Origin: an uncultured Phycisphaerales bacterium
GTDB taxonomy: Bacteria; Planctomycetota; Phycisphaerae; Sedimentisphaerales; Anaerobacaceae
Reading direction: 5' to 3'
NCBI GenBank assembly: GCA_963772725.1
Contig: CAVYYI010000004.1
Coordinates: forward strand, 320,001-384,000
Length of the DNA stretch: 64,000 nucleotides
Shown here: positions 32,491-41,900 of the stretch, piece by piece
How positions within the stretch are numbered: the stretch's first letter is position 1
How the letters are laid out: the number at the start of each line of letters is the position of its first letter
Notes under the pieces: model-generated
The model's database searches: none
The model's input: the letters and a program-made list of their open reading frames with translations, nothing else
What the model was told of the DNA's origin: nothing
Program-made: the position numbers and the translations under genes

Positions 32491-33177
32491 ATGATTTCTA
32501 TTGCAAACAAAAATGGGGGCGTCAAAACAAAGAGGATAGTGGTAGTAGATGACCATCCTGTAATACGCGAAGGACTTAAAAAACTCCTTGAAACAGAAAG
32601 TGACCTGGCCGTCTGCGGTCAGGCAGAGGATGCATTTGAAGCATTGGGGGTAATATCCGAGCTTAAACCTGATTTGGTCATAGTCGATATCGCGCTGAAA
32701 AAGTTGAGCGGGCTTGATTTATTGAAAAGCATAAAGGCTCAGTCCCCGAAATTACCTGTGCTTGTAATGTCGATGCATCACGAAAAGATATATGCCGAAC
32801 GTGCATTACGTGCCGGCGCCAAAGGTTATATAATGAAAGACAATGCGCCGGCTAAAATAGTGGACGCAATTCGGCAGATTCTTAACGGCAGGCTGTATGT
32901 CAGCGAGGATATATCTGATAAATTAATGCAAAAACTTGCCCGCGGCAGCGAAGAGATAGACCGTCCAGCTATCGACAGCCTCAGCGACCGGGAACTGCAG
33001 GTATTTCAGTTGATGGGCGAAGGTTATGGTACGCGAGAGATAGCCAACAAGCTGTATCTAAGCACAAAGACGGTGGAAACCTATCGTTCCCATATCAAGG
33101 AAAAGCTGAACCTGTCAAATTCAAGCGAATTGCTTCAGTCGGCGATTCAATGGATTACCAGCCAGACCAGCGCATAA
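32491..33177 (+). CDS. NarL/FixJ-family response regulator (REC + LuxR HTH); no adjacent kinase
   Basis: VVDDHPVIREG, PDLVIVDI, GAKGYIMK, LSDRELQVF..IA..LS.KTVETYR.HIKEKL. Confidence 0.95.
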   Translation: MISIANKNGGVKTKRIVVVDDHPVIREGLKKLLETESDLAVCGQAEDAFEALGVISELKPDLVIVDIALKKLSGLDLLKSIKAQSPKLPVLVMSMHHEKIYAERALRAGAKGYIMKDNAPAKIVDAIRQILNGRLYVSEDISDKLMQKLARGSEEIDRPAIDSLSDRELQVFQLMGEGYGTREIANKLYLSTKTVETYRSHIKEKLNLSNSSELLQSAIQWITSQTSA

Positions 33178-33180
33178 CCT

Positions 33181-34188
33181 TCAGTTAGTTTTGAGTTTTT
33201 GGTTTTGAGTTCGCCGCAGCGAATCTTCTATTTTGAGTTGTTCTCGTAATTTTTTGGCCTGCTCAGTTTTTCCATTCTTTTCGTAAGCCCAGGCGAGATT
33301 GTTTAAGGATTGCGCTGTCAGTGGGTGTTCATTTCCAAGACATTTGGTTCTCATTTCAAGAGCCTTGCGGAACAGCGAGACAGCCATTTCAATTTTGCCA
33401 TCGTCCATATAAGCAGCCGCGAGATTATTATAAAAGTCGGCTGTGGTTATTTGGTTTGAACCAACGGTACTTTCGCTTATGGTCAATGCCTTTTCGTAAA
33501 GCGGGATGGCGTCTTTTAGTTTTCCAGTTTTCTGATAAACAGTTGCCAGATTATTTAACGCCTGAGCGATTCGGATGTCGTTGTAGTCGAGTGAATCCGT
33601 GTAAAGAACGAGGGCTTTTTTATACAATTCCGCCGCGGCATCGTATTTTTTCCGAGCGGCGTATAATCCGGCGAGGTTATTCATAGATACGGCAATTTCC
33701 GGATTGTTTGGTTCAAGATTTTCCTGCCTGAGCTTCAGCGCCCGTTGATAACAGGTCTCGGCCTGGTCATAACGTCCCTGTGTTTTGGCTAGCAGCGCGG
33801 AATTGTTGAGGCACAGTGCAACGGCAGGGTGGTTCGGGCCATAGATTGTTTCAGTAATATTCAGGGCGGTTTTATATAGAGGTTCCGCATGGTTGTATTT
33901 CCCCTGCGTTTTATAAATTAACGCCAGGTTATTCAATGCTGACGCAGTATTGATATGAACACGTCCGAAGGTTTGCTGTGCCAGATTTACGGATTGCTGA
34001 GCTAATTCTTCGGCTTGTTTGTATTTGCTTTGTTTAAAGAGGCTTACAACTTGTACGTTAAGCTGCTGCCAGTCAGTCTGTTTCGCGGCTGACGAACATG
34101 TCGATACGGATATTAGAACAATTCCAGCTAAAAATCTAAAAGCAGTCATATCCATCTCACAAAAATTGACGATTTTCGAAACTCGCAA
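33181..34188 (-). CDS. Secreted tetratricopeptide-repeat protein (kinesin-light-chain-type TPR); true start probably near 34149-34155
   Basis: Signal peptide followed by repeated 42-aa units (A..LNNLA..Y..G.Y..A..LY..AL). Confidence 0.9.
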   Translation of the reverse strand: MRVSKIVNFCEMDMTAFRFLAGIVLISVSTCSSAAKQTDWQQLNVQVVSLFKQSKYKQAEELAQQSVNLAQQTFGRVHINTASALNNLALIYKTQGKYNHAEPLYKTALNITETIYGPNHPAVALCLNNSALLAKTQGRYDQAETCYQRALKLRQENLEPNNPEIAVSMNNLAGLYAARKKYDAAAELYKKALVLYTDSLDYNDIRIAQALNNLATVYQKTGKLKDAIPLYEKALTISESTVGSNQITTADFYNNLAAAYMDDGKIEMAVSLFRKALEMRTKCLGNEHPLTAQSLNNLAWAYEKNGKTEQAKKLREQLKIEDSLRRTQNQKLKTN

Positions 34189-34320
34189 ATCAAAAATATA
34201 GTAAGATTAGTATTATGTCAATAGGCGAAAAACCTGTTTCAAGGTAATGGAGATGCCAAGCGTGTGTAATAATAGGATTTAGAGTTGAGCTTAAAAGCAA
34301 AAGGAGATTGGGGAAAGCTG

Positions 34321-34363
34321 AAAAAAAGTACCGGACAGGCCTGAGATTCAGGACTGCCCGGTA
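34321..34363 (-). terminator. Intrinsic terminator after the 1149-aa protein gene
   Basis: Minus strand TACCGGGCAGTCCTGA-ATC-TCAGGCCTGTCCGGTA followed by C and T7. Confidence 0.8.
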
Positions 34364-34388
34364 TGTAACTTCTTTATATCGGAGGGAC

Positions 34389-37300
34389 TTAGTTGCTTAC
34401 AAAAGTGAACTTCATAGCGTCGGCACAAGTACTTGTGGGGTCTTTTTGTGAAGCGATGGTCATTTTGTAAGAAGTGCCAGCCTTAAATCTGTATTGGCCG
34501 AGACTGTTCCATTTGCCGCCGTTAAGCTGCTGGTTTATGTAAACGGTCGTGGTTCTTCTGTCATAGGGAATAGAAACCGGTATTTTAGTGCTTCGTGATG
34601 GCCACTGTGTCCACCACATTGATGTGTCATAGATGCCGGACTTTGTTGGGGTAAAAGTCCATGTATAGGTTGCGCCATCTCTGCTCCAGACAGAACCCGT
34701 GCCATAGAAACCTGGTGCGTCTGAAGCGGCCCAAGTGCCGGTGCGGGAAGTGCTTGCGCTTGTATTGTCAATTATTACCTGAGTAGAAGTTGCAACAGCA
34801 TTGACGGTAAATATAACTGTAACAGAAGTTGTAAGTGTACCGTCGCTTGCAGTAAACTGCACAGGATATGAGCCTGTCTGATTAGCAGCCGGCGTCCAGT
34901 CGAAAGTCATATTCGTAAAAGTTGCTCCGGCTGGCATGTTTGCTGCGGTGACGGAAACTGCCTGTCCGTCCGGGTCAGATACGGCTATCATATATGTCAG
35001 ATGCTCGCCAACGTTGAGAGTCTTATTGCCGAGAGTAACAATCACAGGGGGCCTGTTGATTCCGTCGACGGTGATTGTTATGGTTTCGACGTCTTCGAGC
35101 ATTCCGGAATTTGCTGTAAATGTGGCGTTATAATGCCCCGCTGTACCGGATGCCGGTGTCCAGGTAAAAATGTTATTCGCAAAGGTGGGCTGGCTTGGTA
35201 GATTATTATTGCTGAGAGTTACTGTTGTACCAGAATATGTCGGTACGACATTAAACGTCAGGGTTGAACCTGCATCCACTTCCTTATTCCCTATCGGCTG
35301 GAATAAAAACGGCTGGTCCATATTATACAGCGTGCTGATTTCATCCGAGGTTAAAGAGCGGTTGTAAATCTTGACCCTGTCGATTAAGCCGTTCATTGCC
35401 TCATTTCGGACTGTACCATTGCCATCGTTGCCGATATCGGCAGAGGAATTTAGATTTGTCAAGCCGGTGTATGTTCCGGAAGTAAGAAGCGTGCCGTTGA
35501 GGTAAACCGAATATTGCGTGCCGTTCCATGTCAGGGCTATGTGTTCCCACGTCTGCAAAGCCAGGGTGGCGATGTTAGTAGCTGTTACATGCGAATCGCC
35601 CATACCGACACAGAGGCTGCCGTTATTGGCGTAGAGCTGAATTCGGCTGCCCCAGGTACCAGTAGTATGACCGAAGAAGTATTGAACGACTGTGTTGGTA
35701 TTGAGAAGGGCGTTGACGACGATTGTGCCGCTGCTGACATTCCAGTTGTTTGTGGGAATTTGCACGGCATGAGTAATGCCATTGAATTGTATCTGGCTTT
35801 GTCCTGTCCATGATGCGCCGTTGAGGAGGATTCCATGATTATTTATCCCCGACCAGTCTTGTGCAGATGTTCCGCTGGTTTCTGTAAATTCCCAGTAGCC
35901 TGCCAGGCCGGAACTATTGGTATATGTCTTAGTTACAGCGGTCATTGTGTTACCGGATAAATCGCGGACATTGCTGACAGTAAGATGATATACTCCAAAG
36001 AGATTTTGAGTAGACGTCGTCAGTATTACCTTTCTTGTGCTGCTCTGATAGACGGCAGAGGTTATGCTGACATAGTTGTCAATACCGTAGTTACTTTTTA
36101 GCTGTGCTGATGCTATGTCTAAAGCCTCATTGAAGATGATTTCGACTGATGTGGTGCCTGGACAAGTTATCGAAACTATATTGGGAGCGGCCTTGTCTGC
36201 TGTTGTGATATTTATTACCACCGTATCGGCAGCGGTCAAACCGCCGTTGTCGGTAACGGTCAAAATAATTGTGTGCTGTCCTGTTGCGAGATTGACGGTT
36301 GGATTGACGCCCGTCGCAATAGTTTGGCTGCCTTCGGTCCAGGTATAGCTGACAATGCTGCCGCCGGTGTCCGACGAACCTGACCCATTAAGAATAACCT
36401 GTTCATTTCCTGAATTGTCGGTATCGGTGATTGTCTGGTCAGAGCCGGCATTGGCATTGGGCGGATTATTGGTGTTTGGCGGGGGTGGATTGCTGACCTG
36501 CGACCTGTAAGTATCCCACATAGTCTTAATAAAGGCTACTCCGGTATCGCCGGGTTGTACCCAGTCGCCTGAACCAACTTGCGGGTCATTTCCATAGCCC
36601 ATCCATCTGTCAACATAATCAAAGTAAGCCTCGTGGTTCCATAATGCCGTTTGCTGCATAAGCCTGACGGCAAGAGCGGTTCCGACCCAAGTGTAGGAGG
36701 TGCAGCAGTTTCTATAATCCTGGCAACCGTCGCCATTCAATGACGATGGCTTGCAGTCTTTTGTTCCTGTGCCGGAACAACTTGAAGTATAAGCGCTGGT
36801 GCAATTTCTGCCCCAGTACGCGACCTTGCTCTGACCTGGGTTGGCGCTGGCGGTTGTTCCATAATAGGTCTGGTCGTCTTCGCCAAAATCACAATTTACG
36901 GCTTTCATTGCGCTATTATTAAGCATAATACCGGCAAAAAGAATAGGCCATTTTCTGCCATTTGCATGTCCGCCGTCACCGTACCAGTTATTGCTGAGCA
37001 GCGACATATAATACAGATCGATGCCGGTTTGAACATAATTGATAAGCAAAGGGTCAAGCTGCTGGTCGGTATAATCCAGTAAAAGCAGGCAAATTGCGGC
37101 ACTGGTGGCTGTTCCGATTTCACGGCCATAGTTAGGCATATTTGAGAGGGGATGCATCATTCTTGCGGTCCAGCCGGGTTTGTGGTCGAGCCAAACTTCC
37201 TTAAAATAACCGGCAACTTCTGTTACATAAGTAGCCGAAGGTTTGCCCGCTAACGGCAATTTCATTAATTTACTTCTATCCAGACTGGTTGTCAAAAAGG

Positions 37301-37838
37301 TCGGTTTTGATGTGCCGACATAAGGAGGCCTGAAGCTGTTGGCGCTGGGAACTGATGAAACCACTGTTAGAACAGCTGCCCTTTGAATATAGCAATGAGC
37401 GGGCTGTACGGCAGCGCCGAGCAAATCAGTACTGTTGGTGGTGGCGTTTCTGCTTTGAGTTGAGACCAGCGAATCGCCAGCGTGGAGAGTTTTTGGAAAA
37501 CTTATGCTCAAGGAAGATGAATAACCATCCACCCTCCCATCGTAACCCTGTGAAGAGCCGCCCATAGGATTAATCATAGAACCGTTGCTTGAACCACTCG
37601 GCGAGGGACTGACTGAGGTAACCTGAACACCGCTGCCGCTATCTAAAACCCAATAATCGCCGTTAGCGTATTGGCCTGTCTGATAATTAGCGCCGAAATT
37701 CCAAGTGATACCATTCTTTATAACTGACGTCGCGGCAAACGCCCCTGGCAGAAAAACCCCAATCAGCAGTAATCCTATTACTGTCCGCAATCTGATGTTA
37801 AACGTTTTTGCTTTAGATACTTCTTGTATCTTTGCCAT
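34389..37838 (-). CDS. Large secreted modular protein A: unknown ~410-aa N-domain, PKD, SbsA/Ig-like, LamG, two Ig-like, C-terminal golvesin/xanthan-lyase-type carbohydrate-binding domain
   Basis: Signal peptide ..GAFA; PPNANAGSDQT..VILNGSGSSD (PKD); VEIIFNEALD (Ig); LAGYWEF..WEHIALTWNG..GLIDRVKIYNRSLT (LamG); IIDN..TGTW..YINQQLNGGKWNSLGQY..ADA. Confidence 0.85.
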   Translation of the reverse strand: MAKIQEVSKAKTFNIRLRTVIGLLLIGVFLPGAFAATSVIKNGITWNFGANYQTGQYANGDYWVLDSGSGVQVTSVSPSPSGSSNGSMINPMGGSSQGYDGRVDGYSSSLSISFPKTLHAGDSLVSTQSRNATTNSTDLLGAAVQPAHCYIQRAAVLTVVSSVPSANSFRPPYVGTSKPTFLTTSLDRSKLMKLPLAGKPSATYVTEVAGYFKEVWLDHKPGWTARMMHPLSNMPNYGREIGTATSAAICLLLLDYTDQQLDPLLINYVQTGIDLYYMSLLSNNWYGDGGHANGRKWPILFAGIMLNNSAMKAVNCDFGEDDQTYYGTTASANPGQSKVAYWGRNCTSAYTSSCSGTGTKDCKPSSLNGDGCQDYRNCCTSYTWVGTALAVRLMQQTALWNHEAYFDYVDRWMGYGNDPQVGSGDWVQPGDTGVAFIKTMWDTYRSQVSNPPPPNTNNPPNANAGSDQTITDTDNSGNEQVILNGSGSSDTGGSIVSYTWTEGSQTIATGVNPTVNLATGQHTIILTVTDNGGLTAADTVVINITTADKAAPNIVSITCPGTTSVEIIFNEALDIASAQLKSNYGIDNYVSITSAVYQSSTRKVILTTSTQNLFGVYHLTVSNVRDLSGNTMTAVTKTYTNSSGLAGYWEFTETSGTSAQDWSGINNHGILLNGASWTGQSQIQFNGITHAVQIPTNNWNVSSGTIVVNALLNTNTVVQYFFGHTTGTWGSRIQLYANNGSLCVGMGDSHVTATNIATLALQTWEHIALTWNGTQYSVYLNGTLLTSGTYTGLTNLNSSADIGNDGNGTVRNEAMNGLIDRVKIYNRSLTSDEISTLYNMDQPFLFQPIGNKEVDAGSTLTFNVVPTYSGTTVTLSNNNLPSQPTFANNIFTWTPASGTAGHYNATFTANSGMLEDVETITITVDGINRPPVIVTLGNKTLNVGEHLTYMIAVSDPDGQAVSVTAANMPAGATFTNMTFDWTPAANQTGSYPVQFTASDGTLTTSVTVIFTVNAVATSTQVIIDNTSASTSRTGTWAASDAPGFYGTGSVWSRDGATYTWTFTPTKSGIYDTSMWWTQWPSRSTKIPVSIPYDRRTTTVYINQQLNGGKWNSLGQYRFKAGTSYKMTIASQKDPTSTCADAMKFTFVSN

Positions 37839-37947
37839 AATACCTTTCCTTTCAAAATTATAGAGTAAGTTAAATTCGTTTCAACTTTTTTTAGAAGCAA
37901 AACAACACTCTGAGTAAGATTTTTAAATTCAATCGGTGCTGCACAAC

Positions 37948-38136
37948 TTAATTCTGATAATGGGAGTCAAAAAGTTCCAAACCTGTTTTTTCAGCTTGAT
38001 TTACGGCAATGTTTTGAAGTCGGGAGATTCCGCCCGATAGATACAATATCATTGCCCGATATTCGTTTTCTATATACTCAAATGCTTTTGCTTCTGCAGA
38101 TTCATATACCTTTGCCGCAATAGCCTTTTTTCTCAC
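37948..38136 (-). CDS. Small hypothetical protein (62 aa) upstream of protein A
   Basis: GTG start preceded by GAAAGGAG at a 12-nt spacing. Confidence 0.4.
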   Translation of the reverse strand: MRKKAIAAKVYESAEAKAFEYIENEYRAMILYLSGGISRLQNIAVNQAEKTGLELFDSHYQN

Positions 38137-38944
38137 GGCTAATTTTGACTCCTTTCAATTTTTTGCGACACCAAACCGGCACTCCTGACGGTATATCCAA
38201 AGGTAAGCAATCACTACGCTCCTCGCCATGTTCCTATTATTGTTACGACACGTATGGTGTTTTACCTTATATTAACTATCGTAATAATACCTACGTTTGG
38301 TCAAGGGAAATGTGCTATTTTTATATTCTGATTCATCCCACAGGCGTAGAATAAGGCAGAAAAAGCCTAAAAGCAATGTGGAACCGCGGAATTTGTCTAT
38401 TTCCATTTGGACCTTATACCGCATGGAAATCTTCGGAAAGGTTGGCGATATGGCCCGGCGGATTTTTTTGTAAGAGCTATGCTTACCGTACAATAGGGGT
38501 TCCGGTGGATATAAAGAGTAGGGGCAGCCCTGATTTACAAAGACGGATGTTCTGTTAAAATAGCGAAGAAATGAAATATTAAATCGTGTGTGATGTTAGC
38601 CGCATCAGTTTTTCCGCGGCTTAAAAAAAGGCAACGATGTAAGATGTCAGAATATGGGGGTTTAAGTTATGTGTTACTACCGACCCAATAAAAGCAGAAG
38701 CAATGCTTAGGGAAAGTGGACTAATCAGAATCGCTCTGCCGCTGTTTTTATGTAATCACCCGGCGGGAGTAATGAATCTGATAGAAAAAACATGACTGTT
38801 TTCCCCTATTTTATGACTGAATGTTTTGAAGGTAACAAGGTTTGAAAAAGCCTTATGCAGCCGAGAGGGACGGAGTCTAAGCGGACCGAGTAAATGTGTA
38901 ATTGTCAGTTAATGTAAACAACAAATTTTTTTTGGGGGTGTATC

Positions 38945-41900
38945 ATGGCATTAAGAATAGAAACCTTTACATTATTGAAATCGAATCTGATTGTAAAAAC
39001 TCTTCACAGAATGCTTCTGCGTATGAAGCTGGCGGTAATTTTATTGGTTTTCTTCTCTGCTGTCGGCAGCGGTTATGCTGCCGACATAATCATAGACAAC
39101 AGGGACGCGGCAACCTCGAAAACAGGTAATTGGCAGGTTTCCGGCGCCTCGGGTTTCTATGGTACGGATTGTGTATGGAGCAGGGACGGAGCGACATTCA
39201 GCTTTAATTTTACTCCGACGCAAAGCGGGCAATATGATTTATCGATGTGGTGGACACAATGGTCATCACGGACACCAATATTCCTGTGGATATTCAAAAT
39301 TCCAATGGAACTGCGAGGGTTTATATAAATCAGCAGCTTAACGGCGGCAAGTGGAACAGCCTTGGTCAATATACATTTAACGCGGGCACTTTATATAAGA
39401 TTACGATTACCTCGCAACGTGACCCGACAAGTACCTGTGCTGACGCGGTGAAGTTTACACTTATAAGCGCCGTTAATAATCCGCCTGTCGCGGCAATAGA
39501 TTCAATCGCTCCGAATCCCTCTATTGTGGACCAGTCTGTTAGTTTTACCGGCCACGGCACGGATACAGATGGAAATGTTGTGGCGTATAACTGGACATCG
39601 AGTATTGATGCAAATCTTAGCAATACCGCATCTTTCTCGACAGCAGTACTTTCGCAGGGACAGCACACGATAACATTCAAAGTCCAGGACAATAAGGGTA
39701 CGTGGTCGCAGCCGGTTAACCAGTCACTGATTATACAAGCGGCAACCAATATACCACCTGCAGCTATTATTGACTCAATAACACCAAATCCCTCCACCGT
39801 AGCCCAGTCTGTTAGTTTCAGCGGCCACGGTACGGATTCGGATGGAAATGTTGTGGCGTATAACTGGGCATCGAGTATTGATGCAAATCTCAGCAATACC
39901 GCATCTTTCTCGACAGTCGCACTTTCACAGGGACAGCACACGATAACATTCAAAGTCCAGGACAATAAGGGTACGTGGTCGCAGCCGGTTAACGAGTCAC
40001 TAATTATACAAGCGGCAACCAATATACCACCTGCAGCTATTATTGACTCAATAACACCAAATCCCTCCACCGTAGCCCAGTCTGTTAGTTTCAGCGGCCA
40101 CGGTACGGATTCGGATGGAAATGTTGTGGCATATAACTGGACTTCGAACATTGATGCAAATCTCAGCAATACCGCATCTTTCTCAACAGTCGCACTTTCA
40201 CAGGGACAGCACACGATAACATTCAAGGTTCAGGACAATAAGGGCGCATGGTCATTGCCCGTAACCAGGAATCTTGTCGTAAACGCGGTTTCCTCTGAAG
40301 TTATCATAGATAATGGCGCCGCAGGGACATCTTCCACCGGCCCTTGGACAGCGTCAGGAGCACCTAATCCATACGGAGCTAATTCTGTGTGGAGTTACAG
40401 TGGAGCTACCTATACGTGGTCATTTAAGCCGACAGTTACCGGAACATATCGAGTCTCAATGTGGTGGACCGCTCTTTCGAGCAGAAGCAGCAGTGTGCCG
40501 GTAACTATTCAGTATAGCGGTGGTACCGCAAATGCTGCTATTAATCAGCAGCAAAACGGCGGAATGTGGAATGTCATCGGAGAATACGCCTTTAACGCGG
40601 GAACAACCTATAACATAAAGATAACCGCACCAGCGGGAAGCCCGCCAAGCACCTGCGCCGACGCGGTGAAGTTTACGCTTACAAGCTCGGTGAATATACC
40701 GCCTGTCGCTGTTATAGATTCGATAACACCGAATCCCTCGATTGTTGGCCAGTCTGTTAGTTTCACAGGCCACGGAACAGATTCCGATGGAACTATTACA
40801 GCTTATAACTGGACTTCGAGTATTGATGCAAATCTCAGCAATACCGCATCTTTCTTGACAGTCGCACTTTCACAGGGACAACACACGGTAACATTCAAGG
40901 TTCAGGACAATAAAGGTGTGTGGTCGTCACCTGTAACACAGAATCTTGTTATAGCTCCTGCGGAAAAAATCATAGACAATCGCGATGCGGCGACATCTAA
41001 AACAGGCACATGGCAGGTTTCCGGCGCCCCGGGTTTCTATGGTCAGGATGCTGTCTGGAGCAGAGACGGCGCGACATTCAGTTTTAACTTTACTCCGACC
41101 CTAAGCGGGCTATATGGTTTATCAATGTGGTGGACACAGTGGCCATCACGAAGTACCAACATTCCTGTGGATATTCAAAATTCCAATGGAACAACGAGGG
41201 TTTATATAAATCAACAGGTTAACGGTGGTAAGTGGAACAGTATCGGTCAATATACATTTACCGCGGGCATTTTGTATAAGATTACGATTACCTCGCAGAG
41301 CGACCCGACAAGTACCTGTGCTGATGCCGTGAAGTTGACATTTGTAAATGTTGTTAATACACCTCCTGTTGCTGTGATTGACTCTATAAATCCGGACCCT
41401 GCTATGCCTGGCGACAGGATTACCCTGCAAGGCAGCGGCAGTGACAGCGATGGTACAGTAGTCGCCTACAACTGGCGCTCGAGCATAAACGGTACGCTTG
41501 GAACTTCGAAAACCTTAAGCACATCATCGCTTTCAGCGGGGACTCACACAATATACTTCAAAGTTCAGGATAATAAAGGCCTCTGGTCGCCGGAAGTTTC
41601 CGCAACGCTTGATATCGGCTTAGAGCATATATATGTCGCGTGTGCGTATGGCGGGAAAACGGACGAGAAGCCGATGATGACTTCCATGCTGCAGAATATC
41701 GGCGCCGTTCAAAACGGCGATGTATGGACATATATCGATCAGAATAAACACAAGACTTATATTATAACTTTTGTAAATGATTTGCCTGGAATAGTGGATG
41801 CGTTAACTACTTTCGGCGCCCATGTTATCCTTAGCGCTCACTCAAATTACGGTTTGGGGCCTTGTTTTGCGACAGCTTCAGAAAGAAACAATGAGATGAT

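Noticed and set aside
34196..34223. TTATGTCAATA as the XerD arm of a dif site
   Set aside because: No XerC arm at the right spacing; more simply the TTGACA -35 box of the TPR gene on the minus strand
34392..39462. Inverted CBD copies in genes A and B as ends of an invertible segment
   Set aside because: Similarity is mainly at protein level with many synonymous differences; no recombinase or exact crossover repeat seen
39366..40226. 286-aa repetitive minus-strand ORF with CCPC motifs
   Set aside because: Antisense shadow of the PKD repeats in protein B
39475..40284. Tandem repeats as a possible CRISPR array
   Set aside because: 273-bp in-frame coding units with no unique spacers and no cas genes
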